Positions 1-6,336 of a DNA stretch of 10,555 nt are shown here, piece after piece. A model generated the notes under the pieces. The model ran no database searches, was not told the origin of the DNA, and saw nothing but the letters and a program-made list of their open reading frames with translations. The stretch spans positions 1 to 10,555 of the forward strand of contig JBBRXO010000093.1 in assembly GCA_038248345.1 (NCBI GenBank), given 5' to 3'. The translations under genes were made by a program, and so were the position numbers. Origin of the DNA: Armatimonadota bacterium. GTDB taxonomy: Bacteria > Armatimonadota > Hebobacteria > CAIYQO01. Each line of letters opens with the position of its first letter. The first letter of the stretch is position 1.

Positions 1-1116
1 AATCTCCGCCCCATCTTTACGGTTGACCTTTCCCGATGGGCGATATTCATCGAGCGCCATGGGAACTATTTCTGGTTTAGGGGGATCTATAAAGATGGCA
101 GGGGGTGGGGTAGCGGATGCAACGGTGACTGATACCGGAGGCGCTGTCGTAGCTGTCTTTGCTGGGGTTTTCTCTGTGCCACCGGTGGCAGTATATCCAC
201 TATTGTGATTTCCAGCAGCAAAAAGCGCTATGGCACCGATAAGACATAGTACGCTGAGCAATGCCAGCACCAGTAGCGACGTGCGGTTTGGGGCGGGCGC
301 TACTGCAGTTTTATACATCTCGGACACCAGCTGTGCACAGGTGGCGTAACGATGCGCGCGGTTCTTGGCGAGCCCTCTTATTACTGCTTCAGAGCAGTTG
401 CTCGCAATCGACGGGATTAGTGTACGTGGGTTCGCCGGTTCCTCGGTGATGTGGCGAGATACAATGGCCCACGACTGCCCCGAGGCGGTGTGGAAGGGCG
501 TGGCGCCAGTGAGCATCTCATAGGCGACTATCGCCAGCGAGTATTGATCAGAGCGTCCGTCAATTTCCTCGCCTTTCGCCTGCTCCGGTGACATGTATTC
601 CGGCGTGCCTACCATACCCATGGTCATGCGCGTGCCCTCCAGCGAGCGGGCGATGCCGAAGTCGGAGAGGCTGGACACCCCCTGTCTATTGATGAGGATG
701 TTCTCCGGTTTGATATCTCGATGCACGATGCCATGTTCATGGGCGTAGTCCAGCGCGGAAGCGATCTGCGCCAACAGCGAGCAGGTCTCCGCGACGGTGA
801 AGGTGCCATGCTGCGCCAGATACGACTTCAAATCACACCCGTCGATGAACTGCATGACGAAATAATTCGTTGCGCCATCCGCCCCCATATCATAGATAGC
901 CACGATATTGGGATGCTGCATTTGCGATGTATGCAGTATCTCGCTGTGGAAACGAGCGAGAAGCTGCGGGTTATGCGCCAGCTCTGGCGGTAGTACTTTG
1001 ATAGCGACCCAACGATTCAGTTGTAGGTCGTGGGCGCGATAAACCACGCCCATACCACCCCGGCCAATTTCGGCGTCCAGGACATAGCGATTATTCAGTG
1101 TGATGGTATCAGCCAA
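1..1116 (-). CDS. Membrane Ser/Thr (Hanks-type) protein kinase C, 3'-partial; kinase-TM-Pro/Thr linker-probable FGE/SUMF1-like domain
   Basis: Not in the ORF track because it runs off the edge; translated by hand. TTG start at 1116 with AAGGAG SD (1123-1128). Begins MADTITLNNRYVLDAEIGRGGMGVVY and contains VAIK, HRDIKPEN, DFGIARS, GTPEYMSPEQ and DGRSDQYSL. TM segment LLVLALLSVLCLIGAIALFAAG (~212-277). Open for 372 codons to base 1, ending ...GKVNRKDGAEI. Confidence 0.93.
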   Translation of the reverse strand, partial: MADTITLNNRYVLDAEIGRGGMGVVYRAHDLQLNRWVAIKVLPPELAHNPQLLARFHSEILHTSQMQHPNIVAIYDMGADGATNYFVMQFIDGCDLKSYLAQHGTFTVAETCSLLAQIASALDYAHEHGIVHRDIKPENILINRQGVSSLSDFGIARSLEGTRMTMGMVGTPEYMSPEQAKGEEIDGRSDQYSLAIVAYEMLTGATPFHTASGQSWAIVSRHITEEPANPRTLIPSIASNCSEAVIRGLAKNRAHRYATCAQLVSEMYKTAVAPAPNRTSLLVLALLSVLCLIGAIALFAAGNHNSGYTATGGTEKTPAKTATTAPPVSVTVASATPPPAIFIDPPKPEIVPMALDEYRPSGKVNRKDGAEI

Positions 1117-1140
1117 TGGTTTCTCCTTCAACGAAAATTG

Positions 1141-1168
1141 TTCCAAATTCCAAATTCCAAGTTCCAAT
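1141..1168. repeat. Heptamer tandem repeat (TTCCAAN)x4
   Basis: ttccaaa ttccaaa ttccaag ttccaat, immediately upstream of the kinase C SD. Confidence 0.8.
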
Positions 1169-1203
1169 GCTGGTTTAATGTATTCAAGCCCACCAGCCTA
1201 TCA

Positions 1204-1333
1204 CCCAGCCGTGAACGACTGGGCTGGAGGGCTTCGCCGATCATCCTTCGGACGGGAACGCTTACCCTTACCCGTCCCGCCCGAATGGGCGATTGGCCGT
1301 AGGCCTTCCAGCCTGGTCGTTCACGGCCGGGCT
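1204..1333. repeat. REP/REPIN-like nested imperfect inverted repeat
   Basis: Arm 1204-1260 aligns with the reverse complement of 1273-1331 with 9 substitutions (all transitions) and 4 single-base indels. Each outer end is itself a palindrome: CCCAGCCG-TGAA-CGACTGGG and AGCCTGGTCG-TTCA-CGGCCGGGCT. Confidence 0.8.
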
Positions 1334-1376
1334 AATGGATGCTCTACTTCATTTCTAATCCCTTCCGTATCATTTC

Positions 1377-3662
1377 TCATGGTCGGCTGCGTTTAAGGTG
1401 TACGGCGCATAATGCAATCAAAGAAAAGATGATAAACATGCACATTAGCGCCATTACCTTGTTATTGAGGTCGCCCGCGAAGTTTTTGCTCACTAATAGA
1501 ACATGCGCAGGCAGCGATTCTACCTTGGTGTTGTATTCTACGATCTGTCCTAAAGAGCCATATGACCAGTAGGCAATGTGCATTTTTGAGATTAACTTCA
1601 CCAGCTCGCCACCGTTATCCGGCAGGAAGAGGCCTGAGAAGACTATCTGTGGTACCAGCACCAGCGGGGTGAGACTCACCGCCTGGTCTGATGACCGCGC
1701 GAAAGTGGAGAGGGTGAGACCCAGGCTTAATCCAGTGAACGAGGTGAGTAACATCGTACCGAATAACGCCCATACAGCATCGGCGCTGATATGGTACCAG
1801 TCCATACGCGCACCTATACCGACTAGTAATACCGTACACTGTATCAGGCAGAGACCGGCCAGCACCACGAATTTAGAACACAAATAAGCACTGGGGCGCA
1901 AAAATGCCAACCGCTCACGGATAGTAATCGGTGCCTCCTTCACGATCTCGCGCACCGAATTTGAGATACCAAACCAGATGGCGATAATTGCCAGCAGGAA
2001 AGCGATCGAATTAGCGAATCTTAGTGGTGAGGTCAGGTGATCATCGGCCATCACCGCTTTAAAGCTGTTCTCCGGGAAGACCATCATGATGATTATCACT
2101 AGTATTGGCGCTTGCAGCAACAGGATGCCCAGATTCAAATAGTCTTTCACCAGCACCGCCAGATAGCGTTGCGAGAGCAGGGAGAACTGCCGGAACCACC
2201 CCAGTATATCCAGCGAATCAGTTGCAGACAGCTGCGGCGCTGGCGCATATGCGCTGGTGCTCCCTTCGCGGATGCCACCGTACTTCTTAAACAATGGCGA
2301 GCGCCAGTAGTCATGCTGCCGCTGGACGGCTTCCTCGGGGTTGTCGCCCACCTTGGCGTAAATCTCCTGGTAGGTGGCCACTTTGAAGTGGGTCAGCGCC
2401 TGCTGTGGCGGGCCGAAGTAGACCACGTGCCCGCCTGCCCCCATGATCAACAGCAAATCGCAGAGGTCGAGGCTCAGCGTGCTGTGTGTGGTGAGCAGGA
2501 TAGTGCGCCCATCGGTACACAGTTGCCGCATCAGCTCCATCACTTGCCGTTCGCGGTGCGGGTCCAGGCCACTGGTTGGCTCATCCAGGAAGAGCAGATT
2601 CGGCTCGGTCAGTAGCTCCAGTGCCACGTTAACCCGTTTGCGCTCGCCGCCGGAGAGCAGTTTGATGTCGCTGTCGATGCGGTGCATCAGCTTCACATCC
2701 TCCAGCACTGCCAGCACGCGCTGCTCGCATTCGTAGTTGCTGGAGTCAGGCGGCAGGCGTAGCTTGGCCGCGTAGCGCAGGGCGGTTCGCACGGTCAGCT
2801 CGCTATGTACGATATCATCCTGCGGCACAAAGCCCACCTGGCCGGCAAATTGGCGGCTATTGGCGTGGTAGTCAGCGCCATTCAGCGCGACGCTGCCGAT
2901 GGTGGGCGCTTCCAGCCCTGTCAACACGCGGAAAAGCGAGGTCTTCCCGGTGCCGCTCCCGCCTACCACGGCCACGAATTCGCCGGGCTTCACGCTGAAT
3001 TCCACGCTGTCGAGCAGTTGCAGCATCTTGCCACGGAAGTTGACGGCGTGGGAGACCCCGCGTACATCCAGCCGAATCGCCCCCTTGATATTGGTGAGCG
3101 CGAGCGCGTCGTCGCTGATGGTATATTCGGTAGCGCCGATGCGAATCCGGTCGCCCGTGCTCACCACTGCCCGGGTAATCCGCTGGCCATTCACATAGGT
3201 GCCGTTGCTGCTGTTCAGGTCAGTCAGCACAATCCGCCCGCCCTCGCAACTCAACCGCGCATGGTGCCGCGACACCACCGCCTCATCAATGCGGATGAAG
3301 GAGTCCGGGGCGCGCCCGATGATACGCGGGATGCCATCCATCAGTTGGCTAATACGCAGCGCATTGGCTGGCGGCGCGCCATTATCGCAGGCGAATACCA
3401 GCTCAGTCTCTCCAATGCGTATCCGCTCGCCCCCCCGCAACGCCACCGCCCCGGCAATGCGCTGGCCATTCACATAGGTGCCATTGCGGCTCCCCACGTC
3501 CTCAATGCACCACCCATCCCCCCGGCACACCACCCGCGCATGGCGGCTGGACACCTGCAGATCAGCCAACACAATACCCCCCTCCCCCCGCCCAATCGAG
3601 GTGCTGGGGGTGCAACGGTGTGTGCGGTTAGTATTCAGTTCTTTTAGGGTGGCTGTTGTCAT
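1377..3662 (-). CDS. FHA-FHA-ABC transporter (ATPase fused to ABC-2 type permease), Rv1747-like architecture
   Basis: Two FHA domains (IGR..VSSRHA..SRNGTYVNG; IGR..VSRHHA..SSNGTYVNG). Walker A GGSGTGKT, Q-loop VPQDD, signature LSGGERKR, Walker B LLFLDEPTSGLD, H-loop TTH. Multi-helix hydrophobic C-terminal domain containing NSVREIVKEAPITIRER. Confidence 0.95.
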   Translation of the reverse strand: MTTATLKELNTNRTHRCTPSTSIGRGEGGIVLADLQVSSRHARVVCRGDGWCIEDVGSRNGTYVNGQRIAGAVALRGGERIRIGETELVFACDNGAPPANALRISQLMDGIPRIIGRAPDSFIRIDEAVVSRHHARLSCEGGRIVLTDLNSSNGTYVNGQRITRAVVSTGDRIRIGATEYTISDDALALTNIKGAIRLDVRGVSHAVNFRGKMLQLLDSVEFSVKPGEFVAVVGGSGTGKTSLFRVLTGLEAPTIGSVALNGADYHANSRQFAGQVGFVPQDDIVHSELTVRTALRYAAKLRLPPDSSNYECEQRVLAVLEDVKLMHRIDSDIKLLSGGERKRVNVALELLTEPNLLFLDEPTSGLDPHRERQVMELMRQLCTDGRTILLTTHSTLSLDLCDLLLIMGAGGHVVYFGPPQQALTHFKVATYQEIYAKVGDNPEEAVQRQHDYWRSPLFKKYGGIREGSTSAYAPAPQLSATDSLDILGWFRQFSLLSQRYLAVLVKDYLNLGILLLQAPILVIIIMMVFPENSFKAVMADDHLTSPLRFANSIAFLLAIIAIWFGISNSVREIVKEAPITIRERLAFLRPSAYLCSKFVVLAGLCLIQCTVLLVGIGARMDWYHISADAVWALFGTMLLTSFTGLSLGLTLSTFARSSDQAVSLTPLVLVPQIVFSGLFLPDNGGELVKLISKMHIAYWSYGSLGQIVEYNTKVESLPAHVLLVSKNFAGDLNNKVMALMCMFIIFSLIALCAVHLKRSRP
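3181..3482. repeat. 23-bp exact direct repeat (3181-3203 and 3460-3482) between the two FHA domains
   Basis: cgctggccattcacataggtgcc occurs twice, 279 bp (93 codons) apart, encoding GTYVNGQR in both FHA domains. Confidence 0.9.
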
Positions 3663-3793
3663 TTTTGGTTGTCTTTCGAATGGATAGGTGGTATCGTTTT
3701 TATCATAATTACATGGTAGACCACGCCCATGCCGCCGCGGCCAATCTCGGCTTCGAGGGTATAACGGTCGTTTAGAATTCTACTGTCTGGCAT
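3659..3793 (-). pseudogene. Truncated Ser/Thr kinase remnant (44-aa ORF, Gly-rich loop only)
   Basis: GAGGA SD then ATG at 3793: MPDSRILNDRYTLEAEIGRGGMGVVYHVIMIKTIPPIHSKDNQK*. Kinase homology stops at ~3715. Its TGA overlaps the ATG of the ABC gene (ATGA). Confidence 0.88.
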
Positions 3794-3828
3794 TGTTGTT
3801 CCTCTGTGTATCTATACCTGCCATCCAG

Positions 3829-5427
3829 TTATTCTCCATTATACTTGTGGCCATAGACTTCAATTTCACCGATGAATAACCAGTCGGTATCCCAACTTTG
3901 TTTGGTCTTTTTTAAGGTAATACCCAGAGATGATATAATTTTATCGCCCGTTTGGGTCGCCCAGCTGCCGCGGAATTCTCCTCCCGGGTTGGTCGGAATC
4001 GTCCCGAAAAGTGTCATCATAGTGTCAGCATTCCAGGTCGCGGCACGCGAGACATCTCCCTGGTTATAATTAATTTTCGAAATGCGATATCGTCCCTCCA
4101 GGTTTATCTGTACTTGAACTGTGATCGTGTTGCCGTCAATATGGTTCACCCAACCGCAGACTCCATTCATTGATTTACGATCATTATTCCCGTCGTAATT
4201 CAAGCGTCCATCGGTGATGACTTGCGGATCACCGCCATCGCCGGGGTCAGCTTGATTACCGGAGACATGCACCGTGACCTGTTTGTGTAATGCGACATTG
4301 TAGTCAGGTCGATTTTCCTCTATAGGTTGCGATGAAATATTCTGTGCTGGTTGTACATTTGCGTCATGTAAAGGAGCAGAGGGCGTAACTACATTGGTTG
4401 ACAATGGTTGTTGTCCCGGCATGCTTTTAAGTGATGTGACATTGCCGGTATGGTATAAGAATCCTTTCGGATAGTACCAAATCCCGGCGAGGATCACAAC
4501 AACCAGTGCGAGAGTGCATATGAATGCAACACGTAGCAATTGCGCCGCCGGCAAGCGGTTTTCTATCGTTGCCAAAGTGGTTTCTGCCTGCGGGTGCGTG
4601 GGAATAAACGGCTTACAATTGGGATCGATGAGACCGCGAATGAATTGCACATTTGTTGGGAAACGTTCTTCGGGAAACTTTGCCAGGCCGCGTAGCAAAG
4701 CGGAACAGAGATGATCGGGTAATTCTGAAGCAAGCTGTCTTGGATGTGGTGGGGCTACCGTGATATGCATATTAACTAACGCCCACGTCTGCGTTGTCGA
4801 ACTGCGGAACGGCGTGGTACCGGTAAGCATCTCATAGGCGACAATGGCCAGCGAATACTGATCCGACCGTCCATCCACGGCTTCGCCTTTCGCCTGCTCA
4901 GGTGACATATACTCAGGTGTACCAAGCATCCCTCCAGTCATGCGTGTGCCTTCCAGAGAACGTGCAATTCCGAAATCTGTCACTCGCGCTACCATATAGT
5001 TATCGATGAGGATATTCTCTGGTTTAATATCCCGATGCACGATGCCGTTTTCATTAGCGTAATCCAGTGCAGTGGCGATCTGCGTCAATATTTGCACGGC
5101 TTTGTCAACCGTCAACCGTCCCATTTCTTCCAAGTACGATTTCAGATCCTGCCCCTCGATAAACTGCATCACGAAGTAATGTGTCTCCCAATCCACACCC
5201 ACATCATAAATCGCGACGATGTACTGATGCTGCAAGCGAGCGGTGTTGTTTATTTCGCTCTTAAAACGAAGCAGGAATTGCTGGTCGTGCGTGAACTCCG
5301 GCAACAACATTTTCAGGGCAACGACTCGGTTGAGCTGGGTATCCCACGAGCGGTACACCACCCCCATGCCGCCACGGCCGAGTTCGCCATCTATTCTGTA
5401 TCGACCGTTAAGAATTTGTGCGTTCAT
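3829..5427 (-). CDS. Membrane Ser/Thr protein kinase B with C-terminal discoidin/F5-8 type C-like domain
   Basis: GRGGMGVVY, VALK, HRDIKPEN, DFGIARS, GTPEYMSPEQ. TM VAFICTLALVVVILAGIWYY. The C-terminal NVALHKQV..ITDG..INLEG..IGEIEVYG pattern is typical of discoidin-like beta-sandwiches (domain call is inference). Confidence 0.93.
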   Translation of the reverse strand: MNAQILNGRYRIDGELGRGGMGVVYRSWDTQLNRVVALKMLLPEFTHDQQFLLRFKSEINNTARLQHQYIVAIYDVGVDWETHYFVMQFIEGQDLKSYLEEMGRLTVDKAVQILTQIATALDYANENGIVHRDIKPENILIDNYMVARVTDFGIARSLEGTRMTGGMLGTPEYMSPEQAKGEAVDGRSDQYSLAIVAYEMLTGTTPFRSSTTQTWALVNMHITVAPPHPRQLASELPDHLCSALLRGLAKFPEERFPTNVQFIRGLIDPNCKPFIPTHPQAETTLATIENRLPAAQLLRVAFICTLALVVVILAGIWYYPKGFLYHTGNVTSLKSMPGQQPLSTNVVTPSAPLHDANVQPAQNISSQPIEENRPDYNVALHKQVTVHVSGNQADPGDGGDPQVITDGRLNYDGNNDRKSMNGVCGWVNHIDGNTITVQVQINLEGRYRISKINYNQGDVSRAATWNADTMMTLFGTIPTNPGGEFRGSWATQTGDKIISSLGITLKKTKQSWDTDWLFIGEIEVYGHKYNGE

Positions 5428-5460
5428 TAAAACTTCATTTCATTGTTGAAAAATTTGGTG

Positions 5461-6303
5461 TTACTTGTGTGCCATAGCAAGGCGAATGGCCGAGGCTAAT
5501 ACCGTAATACCCCCAACACAGGCCAGCAAAATAGAGCCAGTATAATAGAGCTTTACCTGGTTAACTTCTTTTGCAACAGATCCGCCCCCGATGTTAATGG
5601 CGATCTGCCCCAGCATACTATTGTAGACATTCATCTGCGGTTGATAATGTTGCCAGCCGATGATGCCGATGATCAGCATCATAATCCCCACCACAATCCC
5701 GACGATGTTTACTGTATCGTTAGTCGCTGGTGCAGGCTGGATAGTTCCTGGATTGTATTGATACTGGTTTACGACAGGCATTGCCGGCGGCAGTGGAGGC
5801 GGAGCTGGCTGATATTGCACTGGCGGCGCTTGATATGGAGCCGGTGGCGCTTGATATGGAATAGGCGGCGCTTGAAATGAAGCCGCTGGCACTGGAGCCG
5901 GTGGCACAAATTGTACCGGCGCTGGTGGCGGTACGGAGAAGGAGGAATATGACGGCTCCGGCATCGCCATGGTAGCCCCGGCGGGCGCCATCATCGTGGG
6001 CGCACTACGTTGTGGCTCCGGCTCATATTGCAGGTGAAAAGTAGTCGATCCGCACCGAAGCGCTTGCCCCGCCTTCCAGGGCGTAATTGTATTTATACGC
6101 TGTTCATCGAGATACGTGCCATTGGAGCTTTGCAGATCCTGCACTTCGACGGTATCACCGCAGAGGCGCACCATCGCATGCACGCGCGAAGCGCGTGAGT
6201 CACTTGCCGGAGTGACTATCGGACAGTTTTCGCGTCCAATAGTCATTCCCTCTCCGGTTACCTGAAAACGTTTCCCATCCACAGAATTGATGATATACCA
6301 CAT
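5461..6303 (-). CDS. FHA-domain membrane protein (N-terminal FHA, Pro/Gln/Tyr-rich linker, two C-terminal TM helices)
   Basis: TIGR..ASRVHA..DLQSSNGTYLD FHA motifs; GGGAG SD; hydrophobic segments IVGIVVGIMMLIIGIIGW and SILLACVGGITVLASAI. Confidence 0.9.
   Translation of the reverse strand: MWYIINSVDGKRFQVTGEGMTIGRENCPIVTPASDSRASRVHAMVRLCGDTVEVQDLQSSNGTYLDEQRINTITPWKAGQALRCGSTTFHLQYEPEPQRSAPTMMAPAGATMAMPEPSYSSFSVPPPAPVQFVPPAPVPAASFQAPPIPYQAPPAPYQAPPVQYQPAPPPLPPAMPVVNQYQYNPGTIQPAPATNDTVNIVGIVVGIMMLIIGIIGWQHYQPQMNVYNSMLGQIAINIGGGSVAKEVNQVKLYYTGSILLACVGGITVLASAIRLAMAHK
5822..5884 (-). repeat. In-frame 21-bp tandem repeat x3 encoding xx(Y/F)QAPP heptads
   Basis: On +: ggcggcgcttgatatggagcc / ggtggcgcttgatatggaata / ggcggcgcttgaaatgaagcc, with a degenerate fourth unit at 5801-5821. 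Confidence 0.85.
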
Positions 6304-6336
6304 AGCGTCTCCCTATACAGCAGAGTTCCTCACGGT

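Noticed and set aside
721..993. Similar + strand ORFs at 721-993 and 5035-5430 that look like a small gene family
   Set aside because: Their similarity only mirrors the paralogous kinase genes on the opposite strand.
1344..1378. AGAAATGA twice and an SD-ATG-AAG-TAG mini-ORF on the - strand
   Set aside because: Too short to distinguish from chance.
1030..1396. + strand ORFs crossing the intergenic repeat
   Set aside because: Composed of repeat-derived sequence and overlapping real genes; no coding evidence.
2805..3647. 280-aa + strand ORF (also 2112-2615 and other + ORFs over the transporter)
   Set aside because: Antisense shadows of the GC-rich transporter gene, with no recognisable motifs.
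5801..5884. Repeats considered as a CRISPR array or DGR TR/VR pair
   Set aside because: No unique spacers, no adenine-specific mismatch pattern and no cas or RT gene; they are in-frame peptide repeats.
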